DNA from: Crocinitomicaceae bacterium
Lineage (GTDB): Bacteria; Bacteroidota; Bacteroidia; Flavobacteriales_D; Crocinitomicaceae
Reading direction: 5' to 3'
Length of the DNA stretch: 64,000 nt
Assembly (NCBI GenBank): GCA_044347515.1
Contig: JBIKUO010000003.1
Span: 40,558-104,557, forward strand
Shown piece after piece: positions 8,138 to 19,400 of this stretch. Position numbers and translations under genes: made by a program. The first letter of the stretch is position 1. The number at the start of each line of letters is the position of its first letter. A model generated the notes under the pieces. The model saw only the letters and a list, made by a program, of their open reading frames with translations. It made no database searches and was not told the origin of the DNA.

Positions 8138-10018
8138 ATGACATTTGAAGCGTTGGGATTGCGGAATGAGGTGCTGCAGTCTATCAAAGAGCTCGGGTAC
8201 ACCGAACCAACACCCATCCAGGAACAAGCGATTCCACATCTACTCCAAGAAGAAAGCGATTTTGTAGGACTAGCACAAACAGGAACTGGTAAAACGGCAG
8301 CTTTTGGCTTGCCCTTGCTTAGTCGTATCGAACCTGGACAACTTTATCCAACCGCGGTAATTATTTGTCCAACCCGTGAACTCTGTTTGCAAATTTCCAA
8401 CGATTTAAAAATCTTTGGTAAATACCTAAATGCAAGCGTAGTCTCAGTGTACGGTGGAGTAGACATTAAAAAGCAGATTACAGACATTCGTAAAGGAGTC
8501 GATATTATCGTTGCAACACCAGGACGTCTTATGGATTTAATGAACCGTAAGGTTATTAAATTAAATGAGATTGAATTTGTTGTACTGGATGAGGCTGACG
8601 AAATGTTAAATATGGGATTCAAAGAAGATATCGACGATATCTTGAAATATACTCCTGACACAAAAAGTGTATGGTTGTTTTCGGCAACGATGCCCAAAGA
8701 AGTAGCCGCCATTGCAGCAAACTATATGTCTGAGCCGCTTGAGGTTTCAATCGGTCACAAAAATCAAGGAAACGAGAACATTCATCACATCTATTATATG
8801 GTGTATGAGAAAGATCGTTATCCAGCCTTAAAGCGTTTGATCGATTTTAATCCGGAAATCTATGGCTTAATTTTCTGTCGGACGAAAAATGAAACAGCTA
8901 ATGTTGCTCAGAAATTAAGTCGAGACGGATATAATGCTGAACCCTTGCATGGAGACCTTTCTCAAGGAATGCGTGATATGGTCATGGCTCGATTTAGAAG
9001 TAAAGAAGTTCAGTTATTGGTAGCTACAGATGTTGCTGCACGGGGAATTGATGTAGATTCTATTTCACATGTTATCCACTATAATTTACCGGATGACATT
9101 GAGAACTATACACACCGGAGTGGACGAACAGCACGCGCAGGTAAAAAAGGAGAATCACTTTGTCTTTTAACGCAAAAGGAATTATTTAAGGTTCGAGGAA
9201 TTGAACGCCAAATGCGTACGGATTTCACCAAAGGTGTAATACCAAATGCACAAGAAATTTGTCAAGTTCAACTTAAAAAATTAGTTGAAAAAGTGACCTC
9301 AACCGCGATTCGAGAAAAGGAAATTCAACCGTTCCTTCCGGATATGTTTAGTCATTTTCAAGACTTGAGCAAAGAAGAGGTGATTAAATTATTCGTTTCA
9401 GCAGAATTCAACCGTTTCATAGAATATTATGAGCGTGCAGGAGATTTAAATGCTTCGGAACGTGCGGAGAAAGGATCTAAGGCTGATCGGTTTGGCGAAC
9501 GTGCTACAGGTGAACGTCGAAGAGATGAGAATAAAACTCGATTCTTTGTTAATCTAGGAAAAAGAGATGGACTGAATGTTGGAGGCTTACTTCGTGTTGT
9601 TTGTGATGCCACAGGGTTGAAATCAGGGAATGTAGGTCGCATTGACATCATGGCTTCTTTTTCCTTCTTTGATACAGACAATGAACATGTAGATAAGGTA
9701 CTCAAGAAATTAAACGGAGCGGAATTCGAAGGACATTCCATCAGTGTGGAAGTTTCTGCAGGAGGAAAGGGCGGGAGTTCTTCTTCTGGAAGACGCAGTA
9801 GTGGAGGAGGGGATCGGAAATTCGGAGGCGGTGGAGACCGTAAATTCGGAGGCGGTGGTGCAAGAAATTCCGGTGGCGGAGACCGTAAATTCGGAGGCGG
9901 TGGAGATCGTAAGTCCGGAGGTGGTGGATCCAGAAGTTCTAGTGGAGATCGCAAATTTGGAGGCGGCGGAGACCGCAAGCCCTCAGCATCAAATGATTTT
10001 ACAAAAAAACGAAGATAG
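8138..10018 (+). CDS. DEAD-box ATP-dependent RNA helicase (DeaD/CsdA-like) with DbpA-type RNA-binding region and GGGDRKF repeat tail
   Basis: Motifs AQTGTGKT (I), PTRELC (Ia), VLDEADEM (II), SAT (III) and HRSGRTARAG (VI). The C-terminus is glycine/arginine/lysine-rich and repetitive. Confidence 0.92.
   Translation: MTFEALGLRNEVLQSIKELGYTEPTPIQEQAIPHLLQEESDFVGLAQTGTGKTAAFGLPLLSRIEPGQLYPTAVIICPTRELCLQISNDLKIFGKYLNASVVSVYGGVDIKKQITDIRKGVDIIVATPGRLMDLMNRKVIKLNEIEFVVLDEADEMLNMGFKEDIDDILKYTPDTKSVWLFSATMPKEVAAIAANYMSEPLEVSIGHKNQGNENIHHIYYMVYEKDRYPALKRLIDFNPEIYGLIFCRTKNETANVAQKLSRDGYNAEPLHGDLSQGMRDMVMARFRSKEVQLLVATDVAARGIDVDSISHVIHYNLPDDIENYTHRSGRTARAGKKGESLCLLTQKELFKVRGIERQMRTDFTKGVIPNAQEICQVQLKKLVEKVTSTAIREKEIQPFLPDMFSHFQDLSKEEVIKLFVSAEFNRFIEYYERAGDLNASERAEKGSKADRFGERATGERRRDENKTRFFVNLGKRDGLNVGGLLRVVCDATGLKSGNVGRIDIMASFSFFDTDNEHVDKVLKKLNGAEFEGHSISVEVSAGGKGGSSSSGRRSSGGGDRKFGGGGDRKFGGGGARNSGGGDRKFGGGGDRKSGGGGSRSSSGDRKFGGGGDRKPSASNDFTKKRR
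9803..9979 (+). repeat. Degenerate tandem repeat encoding GGGGDRK(F/S) units in the helicase tail
   Basis: GGGDRKF GGGGDRKF GGGGARNS GGGDRKF GGGGDRKS GGGGSRSSS GDRKF GGGGDRK, read from the translation. The period is about 21-27 nt. Confidence 0.85.
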
Positions 10019-10028
10019 GATTTAAGGT

Positions 10029-11828
10029 ATGGAAATTAGAAACATTGCCATTATTGCTCACGTTGACCACGGCAAAACAACATTAGTTGATAAATTAATC
10101 GAAGCAGGTTCTGTGTTGAATGAACGAGATCGTCCAACCGGAGAATTGATCTTAGATAACAATGACTTGGAGCGTGAACGCGGAATTACGATCGTTTCTA
10201 AAAACGTATCAGTTACCTACAAAGGCACGAAAATCAACATCATCGACACCCCAGGTCACTCCGACTTTGGTGGTGAAGTGGAACGGGTATTAAATATGGC
10301 GGATGGTGTATGTATACTTGTAGATGCATTCGAAGGCCCCATGCCCCAAACCCGTTTTGTATTAGGTAAAGCACTAGCAATGGGAATCAATCCACTGCTT
10401 GTAATTAATAAGGTCGATAAAGAGAACTGTACGCCGGACGAAGTGCATGAAAAGGTGTTTGATTTGATGTTTGAATTGGATGCGTCTGAAGAACAGTTGG
10501 ATTTCCCTACAATTTACGGTTCAGCTAAAAATGGCTGGATGTCGGAAGATTGGAAAAACCCAACCACAAATATCACTCCGCTGTTGGATAAAATATTGGA
10601 TTATTTCAAGCCAAGAGAAATTCCTGAAGGGAATACACAATTATTAATCACCTCGTTAGATTATTCTTCCTATGTCGGTAGAATTGCGATTGGACGATTG
10701 AGCCGAGGTAAAATTGTGGAAAATCAACCGGTGGTTTTAGCAAAACGTGATGGAACCTTGCAGAAACATAAAATCAAAGAGGTTTATGTATTTGATGGAC
10801 TTGAGCGCCGCAAAGTAACGGAAGTTCAAGCTGGAGATATTTGCGCCCTTACGGGATTAGAAGGATTTGATATCGGTGATTCAGTATGTGATGCTGAAAA
10901 TCCAGATCCACTTCCAACCATTGAATTGGATGAGCCTACCATGTCCATGTTGTTTACGATTAATGACTCTCCATTTTTTGGAAAAGAAGGTAAGTTTGTG
11001 ACATCACGACATATACAGGAACGTTTACATAAAGAATTAGAGAAGAATTTAGCCTTACGTGTGATTGATACCGACAAAGCCGATCGCTGGATGGTACACG
11101 GTAGAGGAGTACTGCATTTATCCGTACTTATTGAGACCATGCGTAGAGAAGGGTATGAGCTTCAAGTAGGCCAACCACAAGTTATTTTTAAAGAAATCAA
11201 CGGACAGCGTTGCGAGCCAATTGAAGAGTTAACGATCGATTTACCAGAAGAATATGGCGGTACTGCCGTAGAAGCGGTATCTAAACGAAAAGGTGAGTTA
11301 ACGTCCATGGAACCTAGAGGTGGAAGAATGATTATTCAGTTTTTAATCCCTTCACGTGGTATTATTGGGTTACGAAGTTACTTACTGACACAAACCGCAG
11401 GGGAAGCAATCGTTACGCACCGATTCTTAGAATATCAGCCATATAAAGGTGAAATTCCTGGACGTCAAAACGGTTCCCTAATCTCCTTAGAGCAAGGTAC
11501 AGCAATTCCTTATTCCATTAATAACTTACAAGAACGCGGACGATTCTTTATCAATCCGAATGAGGATATCTATGAAGGACAGGTGGTCGGGGAGAATGCT
11601 CGTGCTGGAGATATGACAGTGAATATTACCAAAACGAAGAAATTAACGAACATGCGTGCTTCCGGTTCTGATGATAAGGTGAAAATTATCCCTGCCAAAA
11701 TCATGAGCTTAGAGGAGGTCTTAGAATATATTCAAAGCGATGAGTATGCGGAAGTTACCCCAAACAGTTTGCGTATTCGTAAGATATTTTTGAAAGAAGC
11801 AGATCGTCGTCGCCTTTCCCGAGATTAA
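10029..11828 (+). CDS. typA: Translational GTPase TypA/BipA
   Basis: G1 AHVDHGKTT, G3 DTPGH, G4 NKVD. The 599-aa length and EF-G-like domain order are typical of BipA. Confidence 0.93.
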   Translation: MEIRNIAIIAHVDHGKTTLVDKLIEAGSVLNERDRPTGELILDNNDLERERGITIVSKNVSVTYKGTKINIIDTPGHSDFGGEVERVLNMADGVCILVDAFEGPMPQTRFVLGKALAMGINPLLVINKVDKENCTPDEVHEKVFDLMFELDASEEQLDFPTIYGSAKNGWMSEDWKNPTTNITPLLDKILDYFKPREIPEGNTQLLITSLDYSSYVGRIAIGRLSRGKIVENQPVVLAKRDGTLQKHKIKEVYVFDGLERRKVTEVQAGDICALTGLEGFDIGDSVCDAENPDPLPTIELDEPTMSMLFTINDSPFFGKEGKFVTSRHIQERLHKELEKNLALRVIDTDKADRWMVHGRGVLHLSVLIETMRREGYELQVGQPQVIFKEINGQRCEPIEELTIDLPEEYGGTAVEAVSKRKGELTSMEPRGGRMIIQFLIPSRGIIGLRSYLLTQTAGEAIVTHRFLEYQPYKGEIPGRQNGSLISLEQGTAIPYSINNLQERGRFFINPNEDIYEGQVVGENARAGDMTVNITKTKKLTNMRASGSDDKVKIIPAKIMSLEEVLEYIQSDEYAEVTPNSLRIRKIFLKEADRRRLSRD

Positions 11829-13468
11829 TTAAACTTAATCGTTTTTACTGGATTGACTCTGGCGATTAATGCGCTTGGGAGCAACAATGCAAGCATGCAC
11901 ACAGCAAAGCTTCCTGCGTTTAGGAATAAGAACGTATTGAATGTTAATTCCATGGGTACTTTATCCAAATAATATACTTCCGGATTTAGTTTTATAATTC
12001 CTGTATATCCTTGGAGCCAATAAATTCCTAAGCCAACCAGATTTCCAATGAGCATTCCGCTTCCTACCAAATAAGCTGCTTGAATCATGAAAATTCGGCG
12101 AAGTTGACCATCACTGCTACCCATTGCTTTCATTAATCCAATAAAATTGGACCGAATTATAATGAGAACCAAGAGGGCAGAACCCATATTGATTATTCCG
12201 ATAAGCATCATTAAGACTAAGATAATTACCACGTTGATGTCAAGAAAGGCTAACCAATTGAAAAGATCCTGCTCTAAGTCAAAAATACTCACCACTTTAA
12301 CCATTTCTCCATGCTCGGTTGGAATAAGTTTTATGGGTTTCGTGATGTCTTTATTGGTTTCTTTCATTTGATACCAATCCTTGGTATGTATTTCATATCC
12401 TGAAATAAAATCATCCGAAGTGCCGTTGCCGGCTGTTATCTTCACCTCGTAAATCCGCGTTTCCTCGCTGCTCACGGGATAATAGAATTTGTAATGCAAT
12501 CCAGCTTCATCAAGTATTTCTTTGTAGGGTTCACTGGATGAAACCACAGATGTTCTTTCCGTGTTTAAATAACGGATATTAATGCGATGTGAATCAAGCA
12601 GTTGGGTGTTATGTTTGTTGGTGGTTTCATAGAGTTTTAAATACAAGGTGGTATCCTTTAATTCCGTAGGTAGATATTGTCCACGGAATTGCGTTAATCC
12701 TTTTCCCCAGTCATAACTTAGATTGGATGGATTCCCTTGCACGTTGAACGAAACAACGAATTTATTATTTACTAGCGAATCCCATAGGTCCAGTTGCCCG
12801 CTGATTCCCCAATCGTTTAATTTCTGGGTTACGCGAATATCACATATCACTAATTTTTCATCATAGTCTTCGAAACCCGTATCGTAAATTCCAACGATGT
12901 TGAATGTTCTAGAGATAGGGGAGTCCTTTACGAAAAATGCAGAAACCTCATCGTTTAGTTTTAGGTTTAATTGCTTGCAGATTCTTTTGGAAATTAAGAT
13001 GTCTGAAGAGGATGCTTCCTTCGTGTAGTCAGGAATTTTTCCTTCTTTGAGGTGTTCCTTGAGAAAAGTAAAATTGTAGCCGCTGTCAATGCCTTTAAAA
13101 ACTAAACCAATAACATCCGTCCGCTTTCCAATCGCTTGAATTAATCCGGGTTTATAGGCTACGCGATTGAATCCTTGAACATCATCAATCGATGAAAGGA
13201 TGTCTTCTATCATCTTGGAGGAATGAATCGGATCGGATTCGTAAAACTCAGCGTTATTTTCGTTTTGAATAAAAAGTGGCGCTGAAAAACCAGTGACTTT
13301 TCGTCGGATTTCATTTTGAAATCCATTAACAACAGCAAGGGTTAAGAGGTTTACAACAATGGATAGTGAAATACTTATCACTGCTATACGCAATATGGGT
13401 CGTGAAACTTTTATACCTTGCGAGCGATTCGGGAGAATCCGTTTTGCAATGAAAATTTCTACTGACAC
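11825..13468 (-). CDS. FtsX-like ABC transporter permease (LolC/E / MacB family) with enlarged extracytoplasmic domain
   Basis: An N-terminal TM helix is followed by ~350 aa of soluble sequence and then three C-terminal TM helices in the FtsX arrangement. 547 aa against roughly 410 aa for typical members. Confidence 0.75.
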   Translation of the reverse strand: MSVEIFIAKRILPNRSQGIKVSRPILRIAVISISLSIVVNLLTLAVVNGFQNEIRRKVTGFSAPLFIQNENNAEFYESDPIHSSKMIEDILSSIDDVQGFNRVAYKPGLIQAIGKRTDVIGLVFKGIDSGYNFTFLKEHLKEGKIPDYTKEASSSDILISKRICKQLNLKLNDEVSAFFVKDSPISRTFNIVGIYDTGFEDYDEKLVICDIRVTQKLNDWGISGQLDLWDSLVNNKFVVSFNVQGNPSNLSYDWGKGLTQFRGQYLPTELKDTTLYLKLYETTNKHNTQLLDSHRINIRYLNTERTSVVSSSEPYKEILDEAGLHYKFYYPVSSEETRIYEVKITAGNGTSDDFISGYEIHTKDWYQMKETNKDITKPIKLIPTEHGEMVKVVSIFDLEQDLFNWLAFLDINVVIILVLMMLIGIINMGSALLVLIIIRSNFIGLMKAMGSSDGQLRRIFMIQAAYLVGSGMLIGNLVGLGIYWLQGYTGIIKLNPEVYYLDKVPMELTFNTFLFLNAGSFAVCMLALLLPSALIARVNPVKTIKFN

Positions 13469-13550
13469 GTTGTTTTATTTTGTTTCCCAAAAATACGGGA
13501 ATCTATTGCGCCTTTTACAAGGTCATGAAAATTATCCGGCTTTATTTCGA

Positions 13551-14714
13551 ATGACTGGCGTTTTTTTGCTTGTTTGGGTGTTGAATGCTTCTGGATTAGT
13601 TGATCCGTCGGATGCTAAAACGGTTTACCCCGGTGCTGAACGTATGTCGCTCTATTTAGATAGTTTGAAAGGAAAACGCGTTGCTATAGTGGCCAATCAA
13701 ACCTCGGTGATCAAGGGGGTACATATCGTTGATACCTTACTTTGTGAAGAGATTAATTTAGTTAAGATTTTTGCGCCAGAGCATGGGTTTCGGGGAGAAG
13801 GAGATGCCGGTGAACACATAAATAGCTCAAACGATGAGCGTACCGGAATTCCAGTTGTTTCTTTATATGGGAACCATAAGAAACCTACGGCATTTGATTT
13901 AATGGATGTAGATGTAGTTGTTTTTGATATTCAGGATGTTGGCGTTCGATTCTATACCTATTTATCTACGCTACATTATGTGATGGAGGCTTGCGCTGAA
14001 CATAATAAACAATTGATTATTCTTGATCGTCCCAATCCAAACGCTCACTATGTAGATGGTCCTATCCTCGAGCCAGAGTACAAGTCTTTTGTTGGAATGC
14101 ACCCCGTGCCAATCGTTTACGGAATGACCATTGGTGAATATGCCAAAATGATTAATGGTGAATTTTGGTTAAAGGATTCATTACAATGTCAATTTCAAGT
14201 AATACCCTGTAAGAATTATACGCACAAATCAAAATACAGTCTCCCGATTCCACCCTCACCAAATTTGAAATCAGATTTAGCTATTTCCTTGTATCCCAGT
14301 TTGTGTCTTTTTGAAGCCACAACCATTAGTGTTGGTAGAGGAACTTCACGTCCTTTCGAACAATACGGTCATCCGCGATTTCCTTTTACTGGATATTCTT
14401 TCATACCCAAACCTCAACCTGGGGCGAAAAACCCACCGCACGTGGATCGCATTTGTAATGGGTATGATTTATCTAAAACGGCTCAAACAAGAACCTATGA
14501 ACTGAATTTATTTTACCTTACGAATGCACGCGATTTACTCGGAGATTCAGCCGTTTTTATAGATCAAAATGCCTTCTTCAATCGACTCGCAGGAAATGGT
14601 AGTTTAAAAGAACAATTATATAAAGGATGGGGCTCAAAAGAAATAAGAGCATCTTGGAAACCGGGAATTGATCAATTCCTCAATATACGAAAGAAGTATT
14701 TGATTTATCGTTGA
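13551..14714 (+). CDS. DUF1343 family protein (exo-beta-N-acetylmuramidase NamZ-like)
   Basis: Body motifs [33 protein letters not shown] and ILDRPNP are typical of DUF1343. ATG 13551 gives a hydrophobic signal-like start. The upstream ORF extension overlaps the permease gene. Confidence 0.75.
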   Translation: MTGVFLLVWVLNASGLVDPSDAKTVYPGAERMSLYLDSLKGKRVAIVANQTSVIKGVHIVDTLLCEEINLVKIFAPEHGFRGEGDAGEHINSSNDERTGIPVVSLYGNHKKPTAFDLMDVDVVVFDIQDVGVRFYTYLSTLHYVMEACAEHNKQLIILDRPNPNAHYVDGPILEPEYKSFVGMHPVPIVYGMTIGEYAKMINGEFWLKDSLQCQFQVIPCKNYTHKSKYSLPIPPSPNLKSDLAISLYPSLCLFEATTISVGRGTSRPFEQYGHPRFPFTGYSFIPKPQPGAKNPPHVDRICNGYDLSKTAQTRTYELNLFYLTNARDLLGDSAVFIDQNAFFNRLAGNGSLKEQLYKGWGSKEIRASWKPGIDQFLNIRKKYLIYR

Positions 14715-15196
14715 GTTAACTTCGCTTGACTTTCCTCAACTGCTTGTTCCATGCTTAAGGCATAGGCATCAAGCTTTGCACCCAATTCCTTGTCATTAGC
14801 GCTCAAAATTCGAGCCGCTAAGATTCCTGCATTTTTTGCAGCATTCAAGGCTACCGTAGCTACAGGAATTCCATTAGGCATTTGAAGTATGCTTAAAATG
14901 CTGTCCCACCCATCAATGGAATTACTAGATTTAATGGGCACACCAATTACCGGTAGTGACGTAAGCGATGCAACCATTCCTGGTAAATGTGCTGCTCCGC
15001 CGGCGCCAGCGATGATTACGTTAATTCCATTCGTTTTAGCTGCCTTTGCAAATGCCACCATTTTTTCAGGGGTTCTGTGTGCAGAAACGACTTCAACATG
15101 CGTTGGAATTTCAAATCCTTTCAACATTTCCTCTGCTTCCTTCATAATCGGATAATCGGAGGCGCTGCCCATAATTATTGCTACTTTATACTTCAT
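14705..15196 (-). CDS. purE: 5-(carboxyamino)imidazole ribonucleotide mutase
   Basis: [10 protein letters not shown] and [14 protein letters not shown] motifs; 163 aa. Confidence 0.93.
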   Translation of the reverse strand: MKYKVAIIMGSASDYPIMKEAEEMLKGFEIPTHVEVVSAHRTPEKMVAFAKAAKTNGINVIIAGAGGAAHLPGMVASLTSLPVIGVPIKSSNSIDGWDSILSILQMPNGIPVATVALNAAKNAGILAARILSANDKELGAKLDAYALSMEQAVEESQAKLTQR

Positions 15197-15611
15197 CGCT
15201 AGGAGTTTTGTCTTGATTTGATTTACTTGCTTCCGTTTGATCTACTTCTTCAGTTACGGGTAAGGTGGTGACTGGCTCCTGATTTTGCTCAATAACCGTA
15301 TTCACCTTATTTCCTTCGTAGTGTATGGTATTCCCAATGTCAGTAAACACCTGATCCATCGGTTGCAGAATTTGCTCCTCTTGTTGCTTTAGGATATCAT
15401 TGATATTTAAATCCTTCTTAATGTCAACCCCGGATTTGCGGATTTCACTTTTTAATTCTTCAGAGGCGTTACGGATTGAAAACAACGCTCTACCTAGTGT
15501 TTTAGCAATGCCAGGAATACTTTTCGGTCCGAAAAAAATCAGCACCACTAAAATGATTACAAGTACTTCGTACCCATCAACATCATTAAAAAGTAAAGGC
15601 AAGGTATGCAT
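15186..15611 (-). CDS. tatA: Twin-arginine translocase TatA/TatE family subunit
   Basis: A single N-terminal TM helix followed by the amphipathic helix [19 protein letters not shown], then an acidic tail. Confidence 0.8.
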   Translation of the reverse strand: MHTLPLLFNDVDGYEVLVIILVVLIFFGPKSIPGIAKTLGRALFSIRNASEELKSEIRKSGVDIKKDLNINDILKQQEEQILQPMDQVFTDIGNTIHYEGNKVNTVIEQNQEPVTTLPVTEEVDQTEASKSNQDKTPSDEV

Positions 15612-15631
15612 TAATGCAAAGTTACGACATT

Positions 15632-16402
15632 TTACTTCGTTTGCATTTTTTCTACCACTTTTAGAACAAAGGATTGAGGAATAAACGGTGACAGATAGTT
15701 GATAAGAATTCGAAATCCGAAATCACTAATTATGATTGTTTTGCCTTTCATCATTGCCTTGTAACCTTTAAGTGCAGTGGAGTAGGCATCTGCACCTTTT
15801 TCGAACATTTTGGAATTACCCATGCCTGCTGCAAATTCGAATTCCGTTTTTACCGGACCGGGACAAAGTGCGGTTACACTAATGTTCGTGTTGCGTAATT
15901 CGTAGTTGGTTGCTTTCGTGAGCGATACTACAAAGGCCTTAGTTGCAAAATAGGTCGCTTGCAAAGGACCAGGTATAAATCCAGCGGTACTTGCCGTGTG
16001 AAGTATTTTTCCTTCATTTTTTTCAATCATTTCAGGAAGAAAGCCATGGGTGAGTGCTGTCAAGGCTTGTACATTTACAGCGATCATTTGATGGTCATCC
16101 GATGCAGAGCGATCTGCGAATTTCCCCCAGCCACCGAATCCGGCATTATTGAATAAATAGTTCACAAAAACATCTTTTGATTTTATGGTTGAAATTAAGG
16201 AATTAACTTCTTCGATATTTCCAAGATCTACTGAAAACACCAGTGTTTTTACCTTGTACTTAGTTTCAATTTCTTCGGCTAATTCCTTTAATTGGTCCAT
16301 CCTACGTGCTACAAGAATCACGTTATTTCCATTTGACGCGTGAATACGCGCTAATTCCTTTCCTATTCCACTCGATGCTCCAGTGATTAATCCTGCTTTC
16401 AT
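15632..16402 (-). CDS. SDR family oxidoreductase
   Basis: TGASSGIG cofactor motif, NNAG, and a catalytic Y-x3-K (YFATK). Confidence 0.85.
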   Translation of the reverse strand: MKAGLITGASSGIGKELARIHASNGNNVILVARRMDQLKELAEEIETKYKVKTLVFSVDLGNIEEVNSLISTIKSKDVFVNYLFNNAGFGGWGKFADRSASDDHQMIAVNVQALTALTHGFLPEMIEKNEGKILHTASTAGFIPGPLQATYFATKAFVVSLTKATNYELRNTNISVTALCPGPVKTEFEFAAGMGNSKMFEKGADAYSTALKGYKAMMKGKTIIISDFGFRILINYLSPFIPQSFVLKVVEKMQTK

Positions 16403-16412
16403 ATGTTTTTGT

Positions 16413-19400
16413 TTATCTTATTAGGTGAACGTAAAAGTGAGATAGTTTGTTCTCAGAAGAAATAAAAATGACGGTATATACGCCCTCTTTTAAATCCACA
16501 CCTTGTTGATCCTTTCCGTTCCAATCATTTTGATAATTAGAACTCTTGTACACTACGTTGCCCCAACGATTTAAAATGCTTAACTCAGAATTCGGTTTTA
16601 AGGCTTCAATTTCAAGGTAATCATTTGATAAATCGCCATTAGGCGTAATTACATTTGGAAAGGTTAATTCATCGTAAACCACCACATTATAGGTAATGGT
16701 GTCTTGACAACCTTGTGCATTGGTTACCGTGAGTTGAACGGGATAAACTCCTACATTGAAACTTGAATCCCACGGAGATTGATTATATATCACGCCGTTA
16801 ATATTCCATTGTTCAATGGTATAATTTGATGAGCTGTTGGTAAACGTTATCAGCTCACCCACATCTGGATCACTTGGTGAAAATGTGAAATCTGCATTCG
16901 GATAACTTGGATCAACCAATGTATAAAGCGTTGATGTATCGCTACAGCCATTGGCATCCGTCACGGTGAGGATGTAGTTTCCTGCGGTTAAATTTTGTAA
17001 ATTCAACGAATTGATATTTCCAGGTTGCCATGTATACGTGTAGTTATTTGTTCCGCCTGTAGCACTTAAGCCGGTGATGCTGCCGTCCACCAAACAGGTT
17101 GGGTTTAATAGGTTAACCTGACTTTCATCTATGACTACAGGATTTAATTGAGGAACAACCACCGTAAGGGTAGAAGTGCAATTGTTAGCATCTGTTATGG
17201 TTAGCACGTAGGTTCCAGCCGTAAGGTTGTTATTATTAGCTGTATTTACTGAATTATTCCAGCTGTATTGAATCCCGTTACCATTGCTGGTAATTCCTGA
17301 AATTGAACCTGCTTCCCCCGCGCAACCTACCGGCGTAATTAGCAACTGCGTTGTATCAATGGAAGGACCTCCAGTGGAACTAATTGTTATTCCAGTAATA
17401 CTGTCCGTACACCCTTCGTTATCAGTCACTACCAAGGAATATGAACCTGGTGCTAAGCCATTCGGGATGTTTAGGGTAGTTTGTTGGTTAGACCAAAGGT
17501 AGCTTAATGGGGCAGTGCCACCGCTAACTGTTATACCAGAAATACCTCCATTGTTTTGTCCGCAAAGTTCATTGAGTACTTGAATTGAACTTGTATCAAT
17601 AACAGGTGGGGTAGAAGCCTGAATGGTAAGTGGGCCTAATGTATCCGTACAGTTATTTTGATCAGTTACTACAAGGGTATATTGTCCTGCCGCTACATTA
17701 CTAAGATTGACCGAGGTGCTGTTGCCCGGGGTCCATTGGTATTGTATTCCTGCACCAGTTGCTGTAATCCCACTAATTCCTCCATCGCCTTGTCCACAAT
17801 GTTCTATAGCATAAACAGCTTGACTGCTATCTATTGTGGGGCCTTGAGTGAATGGTACGGTTAAAGGACTACTTATTGCCGTACATCCGTTAGCATCTGT
17901 TACCGTAAGGGTATAAGATCCACTTGCCAAGCCGTTTGGGTTTAGTGCGTTACCTCCGTTATTACTCCATGAATAGGTTAAATTGGTTCCCGTTGTAGTT
18001 ATTCCCGTAATGGAACCCATTGTTCCATTGCAGGATTGTGGTGTAATTAGCGCAGCGGTTGTATTTACAGTTGGTCCACTCGTCCCGGTGATAGTATACG
18101 GAGAAGACGTAGTAGAGCAACCTGCCGCGTCTGAAACAGTGAGTGTATAGGTGCCAGCAGGAGCATTGGTTAGATTTAGGGTATTTCCTCCGTTGTTCGA
18201 CCATGAATATGAATAAGGTTGTGCGCCGCCATTTACGGTCAATCCTGTGATAGAACCTGGTGCTAAGCACGTGGCGTTCGTTATGGTAGGAATGCCGCTG
18301 ATTAAAGGAGCCGAGCCAATGACTACGGTAACAGGTTTTCTAAAGGAACCAGGGCAAATACCAATGTAGTATGTCGTTGTGGTGTTTAAGCTTGGGGTGG
18401 TGTATGAATTTCCTGTAGCGACAATGGTATTACCAAACGGGGTGGTATACCATGTTAAATTACCAGCGGGAGGATTGCCGATAGTAGAAGCACTTAAGGT
18501 AACACTGCCATTACCACATATGGTATCGTTTGCGGCTATGATATCGTAAAATGAGGCATTGGTGTTTGTTAGTCCAGCGGCACCTCCTGTTGCGCCATTT
18601 GGCGGGAAATTTGGTACAAATGTTGAATTCGTAACGCCTGAAGCTCCGCCATTTACTTGTTGAATGGGTGTACCCGATGAAATAGAAATGTATCCGCCGC
18701 CGCCGCCGCCGCCAGGTCCATCTGCTTCCATGGTTGGAGAAGAGGCAAATGCGCCAAAAGAAATTACTTGATTCCCCCCATTACCTCCATTAGCTTGAAG
18801 TGTCAATGTATTTGGAATTGCACTTGCGTTTGAGATATAAATTGATCCGCCTCCGCCTGCACCGCCCGCGCCATCATTTCCGAATTTCTGCGTTGAGGCT
18901 TGAACTGCTGTTTGACCGTTCGGATTAGCGTTTACGCCATTTGCGCCATTTGCTTCAATAGACCCGCTTCCAGAAATTGATCCGTAAACTTTTATGTAGG
19001 TAATACCGCCACCTCGACCACCATTACCTCCTTGGGCGTTGTTTTGATCTCCTGCACCACCACCACCGCCAGCGAATATTCGCGTATTGTCTTGAGTAAG
19101 TGGATGTCCTCCAAGCCCGCCTTCCTTTCTGCGATAATCACCACCCCAAGTGGTATTGTTCGGTCCAACCGTATTTTCATTTTGATTCACCGTAGCGCCT
19201 GAATATCCACCTCTTCCGCCACCTGGACTGATCGATCCACCCATTCCTGCTGCTTCGAGGTTCCAGTTAACATTGTATAAAGGATTGGGAACCCCTTTTC
19301 CTGTATAGGTTTGAGCAATGTTACCTACATTGCATCCGCCGCCGCCGCCTGCATTGTGGTTATTTCCACCACCACCGCCATTGGCTGGTGCACTTTTGCA

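Noticed and set aside
9427-9978. 183-aa proline-rich ORF on the minus strand
   Set aside because: It is the exact antisense mirror of the Gly-rich GGGDRKF tail of the helicase (GGN codons read as NCC Pro codons). It has no independent start context.
13359-13550. N-terminal extension of the DUF1343 ORF overlapping the permease gene start
   Set aside because: The extension has no family similarity and overlaps the divergent gene by 110 nt. ATG 13551 gives a signal-peptide-like N-terminus.
18694-18713. (CCG)n trinucleotide run inside the adhesin gene as a phase-variation switch
   Set aside because: The repeat unit is 3 nt and encodes a Gly run, so slippage would stay in frame. It is not an on/off switch.
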